From positions 1 through 53,564 of the IMG/VR virus record IMGVR_UViG_3300030393_000016: DNA of 53,564 bases; one strand, given 5' to 3'. Origin of the DNA: a virus (taxonomy: Duplodnaviria; Caudoviricetes). Made by a program: the position numbers and the translations under genes. Under the pieces are notes generated by a model. It saw only the letters and a list, made by a program, of their open reading frames with translations. It searched no databases and was not told the origin of the DNA. Shown here one piece after another: positions 1 through 8,505 of this stretch (positions within the stretch are counted from its first letter, which is position 1; each line of letters begins with the position of its first letter).

Positions 1-2109
1 ATGAAGTATATCCATTTTTTATTACTTATTACTTTAATAAGCTGTAAGGGTCAAAACACAAAATCGTTAGATGATAAACATACTAATGATCTTATACATG
101 AAACTAGCCCTTACTTATTACAACATGCTCATAATCCTGTAAACTGGAATGCTTGGAATGATGAAGTTTTGGCTAAGGCTAAAACTGAAAACAAACTTAT
201 ACTTATTAGTGTTGGTTATTCTGCTTGTCATTGGTGTCATGTTATGGAACATGAGAGCTTCGAAGATATATCGGTCGCGAAGGTTATGAATGATAACTTT
301 ATTAATATAAAGGTAGATCGAGAGGAACGCCCAGATGTAGACAAGGTATACATGAATGCGGTACAACTTATGACTGGTAGTGGTGGTTGGCCTATGAATG
401 TTATAGCTTTACCTGACGGGAGACCTATTTGGGGTGGTACTTATTTTAGAAAAAAGGAATGGGTTAGTGCTTTAAATCAGATATCGAAAGTATATACTGA
501 AGATCCTGATACATTATATGAGTATGCTGATAAATTAGAGCAAGGTATTAAATCGTTAGATATTGTTCAACTAAATACTAATGAACCCGTTTTTAATAAA
601 GGCTTTATAAAGAGTACTGTTAAAAAATGGTCTAGACATTTTGACCCTAATAATGGTGGTACTAATAGAGCTCCTAAGTTTATGATGCCTAATAATCTTC
701 ATTTTTTATTGCGATATGCTTACCAGACTAATGACGTTAAATTGCAAAATTATGTAAACTTAACACTTACAAAAATTGCTTATGGTGGTGTTTTTGACCA
801 AATTGGCGGCGGATTTTCTAGATATTCTGTTGATAATAAGTGGCATGTACCACATTTTGAGAAAATGTTGTACGATAATGGTCAGTTAGTGAGTTTATAT
901 GCCGACGCTTATCTTATTACAAAAAACAAACTATATAAAGATGTTGTTATTGAGACTTTAAAATATGCTAAACGAAACATGACTACCGATAATGGGGCTT
1001 TTTATTCATCATTAGATGCTGATAGCAATAACACTGATGGTAATCTTGAAGAAGGGGCTTTTTATGTTTGGAATAAAGTTCAATTAAAGCATATTTTAGG
1101 CGAAGAAGATTTTAAAATTTTTAAAGATTACTATAACATTAATAATTACGGACATTGGGAACATGGTAAATATGTACTTATCAGGAAGGATGACGATGCT
1201 TCGATTATTAAGAAGCACAATATAACAAGTGTTGTTTTAGCTGAAAAGAAAGCAAAATGGAAAAACACCTTATTAAAGGAGCGTAATAAACGAGATCACC
1301 CTCGACTGGACGATAAAACCTTAACTTCTTGGAATGCTTTAATGCTTAAAGGCTATATTGATGCATATAGAGTTTTGGGTGATAAAGATTATTTAGCTGC
1401 CGCTAAAAAGAATGCTGACTTTATTATTAATAATCAATTACGAAAAAATGGTGGCTTAAACCATAGTTATAAAAATGGTAAAAGCACTGTTAATGGCTAT
1501 CTAGAAGATTATGCTACTACCATAGATGCTTTTATAGCGTTATATGAAAATACTCTCGATGAAAAATGGCTTACTACAGCTAGAGATTTAGCTACTTATA
1601 CCTTTAATCATTTTTATGATGAGAACAATAAGATGTTTTACTTTACTTCTAGCCAAGATAAATCTTTAATATCTAGAAATATGGAGTACAGAGATAATGT
1701 TATTCCTGCTAGTAATTCTATAATGGCTAAAAATTTATTTAAGCTATCTCATTATTTTGATGACAAACACTTCTCTGAAACGGCCATGACCATGCTTAAT
1801 AATGTAAAGCCCGAAATACAAAAGTATCCTTCAGGCTATTCTAACTGGTTAGACTTGATGCTAAATTACACAAACCCTTATTATGAAGTAGCTATTGTAG
1901 GGAATAATGCACAGCAAAAACTGGCAGCTTTAAACAGAACATATATACCTAATAAGTTAATTGTAGGTAGTACCATTGCTAACGACAAACTGCCATTATT
2001 ACAAAACAGGTATGACCCTAACAAAACACTTATATATGTATGTGTAAATAAAGCTTGCAAAATACCTGTTGAAGATGTAAACAAAGCTATTTTACTTTTA
2101 AATGAATAA
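1..2109 (+). CDS. yyaL: Thioredoxin-domain / glycosidase-like barrel protein (YyaL, SPATA20 family), probably a lipoprotein; host gene
   Basis: 702-aa ORF with [39 protein letters not shown] and [10 protein letters not shown] motifs; N-terminal LISC lipobox. Confidence 0.9.
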   Translation: MKYIHFLLLITLISCKGQNTKSLDDKHTNDLIHETSPYLLQHAHNPVNWNAWNDEVLAKAKTENKLILISVGYSACHWCHVMEHESFEDISVAKVMNDNFINIKVDREERPDVDKVYMNAVQLMTGSGGWPMNVIALPDGRPIWGGTYFRKKEWVSALNQISKVYTEDPDTLYEYADKLEQGIKSLDIVQLNTNEPVFNKGFIKSTVKKWSRHFDPNNGGTNRAPKFMMPNNLHFLLRYAYQTNDVKLQNYVNLTLTKIAYGGVFDQIGGGFSRYSVDNKWHVPHFEKMLYDNGQLVSLYADAYLITKNKLYKDVVIETLKYAKRNMTTDNGAFYSSLDADSNNTDGNLEEGAFYVWNKVQLKHILGEEDFKIFKDYYNINNYGHWEHGKYVLIRKDDDASIIKKHNITSVVLAEKKAKWKNTLLKERNKRDHPRLDDKTLTSWNALMLKGYIDAYRVLGDKDYLAAAKKNADFIINNQLRKNGGLNHSYKNGKSTVNGYLEDYATTIDAFIALYENTLDEKWLTTARDLATYTFNHFYDENNKMFYFTSSQDKSLISRNMEYRDNVIPASNSIMAKNLFKLSHYFDDKHFSETAMTMLNNVKPEIQKYPSGYSNWLDLMLNYTNPYYEVAIVGNNAQQKLAALNRTYIPNKLIVGSTIANDKLPLLQNRYDPNKTLIYVCVNKACKIPVEDVNKAILLLNE

Positions 2110-2143
2110 CCTCAGCGCTAACAACACCTATATATTATAATAC

Positions 2144-2170
2144 AAAAAGCCTGCATTGCTGCAGGCTTTT
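2144..2170. terminator. Bidirectional intrinsic terminator downstream of yyaL
   Basis: AAAAAGCCTGCA-TTGC-TGCAGGCTTTT. Confidence 0.8.
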
Positions 2171-2213
2171 CCATCCAACTAAAAAATTATTAGAAATAAC
2201 TCCCGTTATTCCT
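2144..2213 (-). ncRNA. Putative small RNA, copy 1 (promoter, ~70 nt, intrinsic terminator)
   Basis: Minus-strand TAATTTAG (-7-like) at 2218-2225; conserved core TAATTTTTTAGTTGGATG; hairpin AAAAGCCTGC..GCAGGCTTTT at 2145-2170; no ORF; paralogous to copy 2. Confidence 0.55.
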
Positions 2214-2255
2214 ATTGCTAAATTACATTTTAATACTACCCTGCCCCTTGTATAT

Positions 2256-2307
2256 CGAGTAACGGAATACTAGTGCAGTTAGATGGTATTAAAGTATCGA
2301 CGAATGG
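2256..2307 (-). promoter_or_regulatory. Three 21-bp-periodic direct repeats (LytTR-type boxes) upstream of sRNA copy 1
   Basis: CGAGTAACGG at 2256, AGTTAGATGG at 2277, CGACGAATGG at 2298. Confidence 0.5.
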
Positions 2308-2380
2308 TTTTATAAAACACATTGTAAAATTCACATCGATGTTATTATCTCTTTACTGCTATGTACTACTATATAAATAG

Positions 2381-2452
2381 AAAAAGCCTGTATTACTACA
2401 GGCTTTTTACATCCAACTAAAAAATTACTAGAAATAGTTTTACTTTATCTCT
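2381..2452 (-). ncRNA. Putative small RNA, copy 2
   Basis: Minus-strand TAATTTAG at 2457-2464; core AGTAATTTTTTAGTTGGATG at 2410-2429; terminator AAAAAGCCTGTA-TTAC-TACAGGCTTTTT at 2381-2408. Confidence 0.55.
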
Positions 2453-2494
2453 GTTGCTAAATTACATTTTAACAACATTTTCTATGTACAATAT

Positions 2495-2547
2495 CAGGCA
2501 ACGGGAATGTTGCTGCCGATAAACGGTATAAAAGTATCGATGAACGG
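2495..2547 (-). promoter_or_regulatory. LytTR-type direct repeats upstream of sRNA copy 2
   Basis: CAGGCAACGG at 2495, CGATAAACGG at 2517, CGATGAACGG at 2538; 21-22-bp period. Confidence 0.55.
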
Positions 2548-2615
2548 TAATCTACTAAGTATACAATTTAGATATTTTTAATACCTTGGCAAACCAATTC
2601 ATTAAATCCAACTAA

Positions 2616-3359
2616 ATGAAAAACAACATATCAAACTATCATAAAATAGATTATAAACCAGCAATAATAATTACTATTATTATCATTATAACTTGTTTTA
2701 TATGGGGTACATTGGTCCTATTACCTCCGATAATTCCTTATTATGATTTCACAAATACTGGTCAACTAGGTGATACCATAGGAGGACTTACCTCTCCGAT
2801 AATTGGTATTGGTGGGGCATTTCTAGTATATGTATCTTTTCAGGCACAATTAAAGGCTAACAAAATGCAATGGGAAGCTTTTAATAAAGAAATTCATAAC
2901 CAAAATGCAGATAGATTTTACAATAAAAACTATGAATCAATAAAAGAATTTAAATCAAATTTAAATAACATAGAATTCTCTTGTCCAACTCCTGATAATA
3001 AAACTAACATAGTTTCAAATCAATACATCAATTATAAAGGATTTGATTCTATATCAATAGTTTCAGCTATAATTAGTGATCAAAATAAAAGCCAAACTGA
3101 AAACATATCCATTAGTACGTACCTTTCAAAACTAAGCTTAATCTTTTTAGATTTAGACCTAACAATTATGTCTATTAATAAAAATAAAGACTTATATACA
3201 GATGAATGTAAAGAATTAAAAGAAATTATAGCCTATATTAAAAGGTATCATTTAAACCTTTATTTTCATAATCTACTTGAGGAGCTTGAAGATGATAACT
3301 CATTTAAAGAATACATTTCCAAAATCTATAGTAGTATTGAAAATTGGGTAGCTAATTAA
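2616..3359 (+). CDS. Two-TM membrane protein with the N-terminal signature of putative phage abortive-infection-type proteins
   Basis: TM, then GQLGDTIGGLTSPIIG, TM, FQAQLKANKMQ coiled stretch. Confidence 0.55.
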   Translation: MKNNISNYHKIDYKPAIIITIIIIITCFIWGTLVLLPPIIPYYDFTNTGQLGDTIGGLTSPIIGIGGAFLVYVSFQAQLKANKMQWEAFNKEIHNQNADRFYNKNYESIKEFKSNLNNIEFSCPTPDNKTNIVSNQYINYKGFDSISIVSAIISDQNKSQTENISISTYLSKLSLIFLDLDLTIMSINKNKDLYTDECKELKEIIAYIKRYHLNLYFHNLLEELEDDNSFKEYISKIYSSIENWVAN

Positions 3360-3373
3360 ACACTCTAAAAAAC

Positions 3374-3403
3374 AAAAAAGCCCTACGAAAAAATCGTAGG
3401 GCT
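3374..3403. terminator. Intrinsic terminator downstream of the tRNA-His locus (minus strand)
   Basis: AAAAAAGCCCTACGA-AAAAA-TCGTAGGGCT. Confidence 0.75.
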
Positions 3404-3404
3404 G

Positions 3405-3450
3405 AAAGGGTGAAAGAGGGGTCTCGAACCCCCGACCTTCGGTACCACAA
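3405..3450 (-). repeat. att core copy 1: 3' half of tRNA-His(GTG)
   Basis: Reverse complement reads TTGTGGTACCGAAGGTCGGGGGTTCGAGACCCCTCTTTCACCC (anticodon loop, T-arm, acceptor 3' strand); identical to 6893-6938; 5' half absent. Confidence 0.9.
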
Positions 3451-3545
3451 CATAGGCACCTTATTCCCACTACCCTATCAGTCCCTGAAAAACAGAATAT
3501 TACACAATTAATATTATTAATATATTATCTATTTACAATACATTC

Positions 3546-3567
3546 CGTACTGGTTAACGTACTAGTT
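3546..3567. repeat. Putative integrase arm-type sites, left
   Basis: CGTACTGGTT-AA-CGTACTAGTT; 21/22 identical to 6792-6813. Confidence 0.65.
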
Positions 3568-3612
3568 AATTAATAGTAAGTACAGATAACAAATTAAACG
3601 TTTATATTGTAA

Positions 3613-3644
3613 TAATAAAATAGCAAATATTTGCTATTTTATTA
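3613..3644. promoter_or_regulatory. Perfect 32-bp palindrome, candidate operator
   Basis: TAATAAAATAGCAAAT/ATTTGCTATTTTATTA with no loop. Confidence 0.5.
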
Positions 3645-3860
3645 AGTCATTAATTTCAATTTTAATAACTTAGAGAAACTAATTCATTAGATCCAACTAA
3701 ATGAAAAATTATTATCTATCTCCAATGATGGTGCCTTCTTGTACCCGTCTATGTGTTTTAAAGTACTTTAAAATTTATACTACAATGTCTTCTAATTTAT
3801 CCATTAGTATAAATATTATACAATATCCTACTCTATTTTACTAAAATAAAATCACAGAAC

Positions 3861-5438
3861 ATGGAACACACCATCTCAAAAGAACAAAATGACTGGGCAA
3901 ATAAAATTAATGGTGATCCCATTCATATCGAAAATGCAGAAAGTGGCTTAAAAGGTTATTTCTGTATGGGATGTAATAAAGAAATGCAAGCAGTAAAACC
4001 TCGCGAAAAACAATCATATTTCAGACATCATGCTTTTAATGTTGATAAAAGTAATATTGAATGTGTTTATAGTAGTAGAAAGTATCGAGAAAAACTAGCT
4101 GAAGATATTTTACATCGACTAAAAGAACTAAATGTACCTTCTGTTTACAAATACCCTCCTCCTGGAGTGCAGGGAACTCCAAACTTATTAATGAAAAAAA
4201 GTTTAATACAGGCTTCAAAAGTAAAATCTCAACTAACTTTCTATGAAGATAGAAATGGAAATATCCAATATGGTAAAAATCCTGAGATAGAAGACCGTTA
4301 TCTCTTAATACGACCTGATATAACTTTTTTTGATAATGAAAATAATCCTACCCTATTTATTGAATTTGTTATCACTCATAAATTAAACGACGAGAAAAAA
4401 ATTAAATTAAAACGGTTAGGAATTAATACTATCCAAGTTATAATCCCTAAAGTTCCAGAAGAAGAACTAGAAAAAAAAATCAAAGCAACTCTTAACATTA
4501 AATGGGTATATAATGAACTCGAAGCAAACACCAAGTATATATCAACTTCCGAAAGAAAAACAGAGGGAATATCACCAGTTGATGAAGAGCAAAGAAAGCT
4601 TTTTACAGAATCTGTCGATTGCAGATCAGCGCAAATTAAAAATCTTATACGATCAATTAACGGACTCTTGGAATCTCAATCATACAGAAAAGCTGAACAA
4701 CACTTTGAACGAGAAATATCAAGAATTGAGGAGGCTACAGCAAACGAAAAATCAGAATTGGAACAAATGGAAAGGCAACTTGAGAGAGAAGTGCTTTCAG
4801 AATTTGAAGGAGAAGAACTCAACATTATCCAAAGAAGAAGAAACCTTGAAAAAGAAGAGGACTGGCTTCAACAATACTCTTCAAGAATGGGCAGAAGATA
4901 TAGTAGAAAAAAAGAAGAAATTAGAGGGGAAGAAAAATCACTATCTAAAAATATCAAAACAGCCCTCAAGTCTGAATCAACTGAAGCAGGAATTAGAACA
5001 AAATTTGAATCTGAAAAAGAAAGAATTAGAAGAAGTCTCGAAGAAGAAAGAGAGCGTATTAAGCTCATTAGCGATTATGAAACAGAAAAAATCGAGTTCC
5101 TTAGCCAACTTAAGAGAAACGCTCAAAATGACTTTGAACAACGAAGAAAAGAGCTTGAAAGAGCTAAAGAACAAATTGAATATAAAATCCGAAATTTTGG
5201 AGAAATTCAAAAAGAAGAAGAAAGAAAAATTATCATTGGAGAGGAAGAGTATAGAAAAGAATTTGCTAGACAAATTAATAATAGAGACGCTTCAGGAAAT
5301 CCCGAATTGTCCGAAAGAATTAACCCAATACTTAAAGCTACAAGATTTTTACGCAATTACAATGAAAGAAAAAACACTTTCGAGAGATATCGATCACACC
5401 TTGATATTGTTAGAAAAGGAACTTGGAAGTCATGGTAA
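3861..5438 (+). CDS. CoiA-like Zn-ribbon + PD-(D/E)xK nuclease + long coiled coil
   Basis: YFCMGC..YFRH Zn motif; IRPDITFFD..LFIEFVITH nuclease core; E/K/R-rich C-terminal half. Confidence 0.65.
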   Translation: MEHTISKEQNDWANKINGDPIHIENAESGLKGYFCMGCNKEMQAVKPREKQSYFRHHAFNVDKSNIECVYSSRKYREKLAEDILHRLKELNVPSVYKYPPPGVQGTPNLLMKKSLIQASKVKSQLTFYEDRNGNIQYGKNPEIEDRYLLIRPDITFFDNENNPTLFIEFVITHKLNDEKKIKLKRLGINTIQVIIPKVPEEELEKKIKATLNIKWVYNELEANTKYISTSERKTEGISPVDEEQRKLFTESVDCRSAQIKNLIRSINGLLESQSYRKAEQHFEREISRIEEATANEKSELEQMERQLEREVLSEFEGEELNIIQRRRNLEKEEDWLQQYSSRMGRRYSRKKEEIRGEEKSLSKNIKTALKSESTEAGIRTKFESEKERIRRSLEEERERIKLISDYETEKIEFLSQLKRNAQNDFEQRRKELERAKEQIEYKIRNFGEIQKEEERKIIIGEEEYRKEFARQINNRDASGNPELSERINPILKATRFLRNYNERKNTFERYRSHLDIVRKGTWKSW

Positions 5439-5478
5439 AGATTACAAATGGTTCTGTGAAAATATAGAATCTAATTAA
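4513..5478 (+). CDS. Overlapping +1-frame coiled-coil ORF, probably real (frame open from 4471)
   Basis: 321 stop-free codons in AT-rich DNA; helical K/E/L composition; main-frame codon choice avoids creating stops in this frame. Confidence 0.5.
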   Translation: MNSKQTPSIYQLPKEKQREYHQLMKSKESFLQNLSIADQRKLKILYDQLTDSWNLNHTEKLNNTLNEKYQELRRLQQTKNQNWNKWKGNLREKCFQNLKEKNSTLSKEEETLKKKRTGFNNTLQEWAEDIVEKKKKLEGKKNHYLKISKQPSSLNQLKQELEQNLNLKKKELEEVSKKKESVLSSLAIMKQKKSSSLANLRETLKMTLNNEEKSLKELKNKLNIKSEILEKFKKKKKEKLSLERKSIEKNLLDKLIIETLQEIPNCPKELTQYLKLQDFYAITMKEKTLSRDIDHTLILLEKELGSHGKDYKWFCENIESN

Positions 5479-5489
5479 TAATATACCCT

Positions 5490-5545
5490 CTACATATATA
5501 AAATAGTAAAAGTTGCCAAGTAGCAACTTTTATTATTTTATGTAG
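5490..5545. terminator. Long hairpin, bidirectional terminator between convergent genes
   Basis: TAAAATAGTAAAAGTTGC-CAAGTA-GCAACTTTTATTATTTTA. Confidence 0.7.
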
Positions 5546-5548
5546 GAC

Positions 5549-6292
5549 CTATTCAAAACTATAATTAGCTTCATCTGCAGAGATCCCACCATCAGACAAT
5601 CCTGGTCCATTTTTTGACCTTCTCGGGTAACCATGCGCTCTAGGTGTTCTAGATACCTCATCACTCCTATCTGAATAAAGAGGGTTGCCTTTTAAACTTT
5701 GATTGGCTACAAATTTTAAGGTATTAACATTAGATCTAGTTAAATTAAGAAGTTCTTCTAATAGCTCTCTATCTGGTCTTTCTATAGATTCTGTTTTTTC
5801 TGTATTATTACTTTCTTTAATAATTTTTTCAATACTATCTTTTAATTCTGGAAAAGATCTTTCAAATGTCTTATTAAAAATTTCATCCGAAATACGTGCT
5901 TCTCCCAATTGAATATTAACTGTTCTTAAAAGTATTTTAAAATCTTCTTTATCAAAATCAGTAAGTTGAAACATACTAGTAGGTCCTTTTACTTGTGCTT
6001 TACTTACATTAAACAACAATGGACATACTCTTGCTTGATCCAACCTATTAGATAATGCACCTGCTTCAAAATGAAGCCAGGGACTATCTAAATTTTCGGG
6101 TGTTAAACAAATAATACCTATGGTACTCTCTTCTAGTTTTTTTGAAATATCACTTTGCCACTTATTACCCTTCTCAATATCATCTGGTGTAAAATATGGT
6201 TTTACTGCTTGTAAAACACTTGGTAGCCACCCCTTTAAAACCTTTGCTATTTCTTTACTAGTATTACCTGACCAACTTATAAATATCTTCAT
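5549..6292 (-). CDS. TIR-domain protein
   Basis: MKIFISWSG..DIEKGNKW..GIICLTPENLDSPWLHFEAGAL; catalytic Glu retained. Confidence 0.85.
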   Translation of the reverse strand: MKIFISWSGNTSKEIAKVLKGWLPSVLQAVKPYFTPDDIEKGNKWQSDISKKLEESTIGIICLTPENLDSPWLHFEAGALSNRLDQARVCPLLFNVSKAQVKGPTSMFQLTDFDKEDFKILLRTVNIQLGEARISDEIFNKTFERSFPELKDSIEKIIKESNNTEKTESIERPDRELLEELLNLTRSNVNTLKFVANQSLKGNPLYSDRSDEVSRTPRAHGYPRRSKNGPGLSDGGISADEANYSFE

Positions 6293-6791
6293 TTTTTATT
6301 TCCTATTTTAGACTTAATCAAAGATATTTTTAGACGAATCATTAGTTCCCAATATATTATTCCACTTGACTATGTAATTTAAATGTTCTGTATTCATAAT
6401 TACTTAATAATTAAATTTAGTTGTGTACAATTTAACACTTTAGATTAAACCTTAAAAGCTAATCTTAATAATAATTGTACAACATACTTTAATACTAATT
6501 ATGATAGTTACTTTGCCATCTATAGTTTGAATGAAGACTTAAACATTCTTTCTTAACGGCATTCGGGTTACCTATCCAAGAGTCGTTTACAATTAAAAAA
6601 CGTAAAAACTTATTAATCAAATATATACGCTTTAAATAAATACTGAAAATTAACTAAAAATCTATCTCTAATTTCCTAGGCTGTAAAATGGTTACAGAGT
6701 TCTGTATATTTCTTTATCTTTTGAAAAACAAATGATTACAAAAAAACATTGATTAATACTTCTTTTATTTTATTTAAAATAGACCTTTCAA

Positions 6792-6813
6792 CGTACTGGT
6801 TAACGTACTGGTT
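6792..6813. repeat. Putative integrase arm-type sites, right
   Basis: CGTACTGGTT-AA-CGTACTGGTT, 80 bp from att core 2. Confidence 0.65.
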
Positions 6814-6844
6814 TTAAAAGGTACATACTTAACCATTGAGCATA

Positions 6845-6882
6845 AAAAAAAGCTAAAGCCCAGTAAACACTGAGCTTTAGCT
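6845..6882 (-). terminator. Hairpin/terminator supplied by the islet just downstream of the tRNA 3' end
   Basis: AAAAAAAGCTAAAGC-CCAGTAAACACTGA-GCTTTAGCT. Confidence 0.6.
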
Positions 6883-6892
6883 AACATTTTTA

Positions 6893-6938
6893 AAAGGGTG
6901 AAAGAGGGGTCTCGAACCCCCGACCTTCGGTACCACAA
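6893..6938 (-). repeat. att core copy 2: 3' half of tRNA-His(GTG); left boundary of the prophage
   Basis: Identical to 3405-3450. Confidence 0.9.
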
Positions 6939-6976
6939 AATAGATGCCCTACTCTCACTATTGTAAAGTTTTTGAT

Positions 6977-7101
6977 TATCAAGTAATTACATTTAAGCCA
7001 AATTTGAAATTTATACTGTTTTTTTATATTACATTACCTTTTACATTGTCGTTTTTGAGTGTATATTTTAGTATGATATTTCGCAGATAATCAAGTATTT
7101 A
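6977..7101. promoter_or_regulatory. Two IHF-consensus-like sites in the prophage att arm
   Basis: TATCAAGTAATTA at 6977-6989 and AATCAAGTATTTA at 7089-7101 match WATCAANNNNTTR. Confidence 0.4.
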
Positions 7102-7130
7102 AATTAAAACTAATAGCAACTAAAACATTG

Positions 7131-7466
7131 CTAGTCTTCACTCAAATACTTCAAAACCGCATTACGAGTAGCTTCGTCTTTTTTAAGGTGTTTGGCTAGT
7201 TGTAAGCTAAAGTCGTCTAGCCCTGTGGCAGCTTCATTATTAATTTCCATAACACCACGACCGTGCAGTAGCCAGTTGGCATTAAGCTCAGGGTAAGCAG
7301 TGGTAACACTCATTACGAGTTTCATGCCTAGTGAACGTGTACCACTTGTAACAGGTATAAGGGTATGGTAGTTTATACCATGTATTTCGGCAAACTCATT
7401 TAATTTATACCCTTTATGGCGTATAAAATACTCCAGCCTCTCTCCTGCTTTATTCAACACCTTCAA
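7131..7466 (-). CDS. XRE-family HTH repressor-like protein
   Basis: ERLEYFIRHKGYKLNEFAE..PELNANWLLHGRGVM, a CI N-terminal pattern. Confidence 0.75.
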   Translation of the reverse strand: MKVLNKAGERLEYFIRHKGYKLNEFAEIHGINYHTLIPVTSGTRSLGMKLVMSVTTAYPELNANWLLHGRGVMEINNEAATGLDDFSLQLAKHLKKDEATRNAVLKYLSED

Positions 7467-8130
7467 ATTTTTTATTGATTACATAATCAATATTAATATT
7501 TGATGTTTTGAGAACCTTTATTCTCATGCCTTTAAAACCAATGATATTACTTTCAGATAAATCATACTGTAAGTCTTGTGTAAAAGCAGCTCTAGCCATA
7601 TCATTTACATACTCTCTATAAGTAAATTTTATAGTATTTCCAGAACGTCCGTTGTACATAAACTGTTGCTTAAAATATTCTTTATTTCTATCTAAGTACT
7701 CAGATTCTATATATTCAATAGGAGTCTTTGTTTTATATAATTTTACACCAAAATCATTACTAATAAAAGCTGAAGTTTCACTCCCATCTTTTTTTATAGC
7801 AACTCCATAAGTATACATTGGTTTGTCTTCATCTATAGAATGATATAATGAATAACCCTTTATATCACTCATATGTACAAACATCTGTTTCTTATTTATT
7901 TTATTCTTTGCATGGTATGTTATACTTGCGTCTTCTGATGTTATTACTATCGCATCAAAAAACCTTCCTTCCTCATATTCTACCATGTCCTCTCCAACTT
8001 CCGCCGAGTATTCAACTCCAATTTTATTACCTATATCTTCAATTCTATTTGATGAAATATAGGTTTGTTTTACTCCACATGAAAAAAATAAAAAAAGTGG
8101 TAAAAGAAGTAGCAATTTTAAAAGTTTCAT
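7450..8130 (-). CDS. Lipoprotein in the immunity operon; superinfection-exclusion candidate
   Basis: MKLLKLLLLLPLFLFFSC signal peptide II; beta-rich body. Confidence 0.65.
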   Translation of the reverse strand: MKLLKLLLLLPLFLFFSCGVKQTYISSNRIEDIGNKIGVEYSAEVGEDMVEYEEGRFFDAIVITSEDASITYHAKNKINKKQMFVHMSDIKGYSLYHSIDEDKPMYTYGVAIKKDGSETSAFISNDFGVKLYKTKTPIEYIESEYLDRNKEYFKQQFMYNGRSGNTIKFTYREYVNDMARAAFTQDLQYDLSESNIIGFKGMRIKVLKTSNINIDYVINKKFEGVE

Positions 8131-8157
8131 TAGTTAGTTGGATTGTTTAATTAGTAA

Positions 8158-8505
8158 TTATTTAGTTTTTTTAGTTATTAGTTCTAGTATGCGTTCCTGT
8201 ATATCTTCATCTTCTAAATATCTCATCAACATTTCCTTCCCAGGGTCTGATGTTGATTCTTGTATCACATTAGTATTTTCATTTATGTATAACTTTTTAG
8301 AAGTATCTCCAAAAAGAAGCCAATCCACATCTAAATCAGGGATGCTTTCTTTAAGCTGACGAAGAATATTCATCCCTAAAGCTCTTTCTCCATTAATTAT
8401 ATTGGACATTCCACTATAATTAAGATTATTTTTTTCACAAAACTTCCTTAAGGTAACACCCTGACTACCAATAACTTCCCTTAATCTACTTCCTGTATTA
8501 TCCAT
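8158..8505 (-). CDS. XRE-family HTH prophage repressor (CI-like, no S24 domain)
   Basis: RLREVIGSQGVTLRKFCEKNNLNYSGMSNIING..DVDWLLFG; divergent from the early operon. Confidence 0.8.
   Translation of the reverse strand: MDNTGSRLREVIGSQGVTLRKFCEKNNLNYSGMSNIINGERALGMNILRQLKESIPDLDVDWLLFGDTSKKLYINENTNVIQESTSDPGKEMLMRYLEDEDIQERILELITKKTK

Larger units (their letters stand above)
3405..6938. mobile_element. Integrase-less genomic islet bounded by tRNA-His att repeats
   Basis: 46-bp identical direct repeats at both ends; internal arm-type repeats; defence-like cargo. Confidence 0.8.

Noticed and set aside
2144-2547. CRISPR array or REP-type repeat
   Set aside because: Only two diverged ~237-bp units, no repeat-spacer periodicity and no cas genes.
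3405-3450. Functional tRNA-His genes here and at 6893-6938
   Set aside because: Only the 3' half from the anticodon loop is present. The adjoining sequence cannot form a D-arm or the acceptor 5' strand, so these are att remnants.
4441-4450. Fourth TAATCCCTAA motif
   Set aside because: Inside a coding region (I-I-P-K codons), lacks the final C and is not at the 10-11-nt spacing from a start codon.
4868-5273. Minus-strand ORFs of 66 and 98 aa
   Set aside because: F/S/L-rich antisense shadows of the purine-rich coiled-coil gene.
6317-6400. Short minus-strand ORF (~27 codons) upstream of the TIR gene
   Set aside because: Too short, with no recognisable motif.
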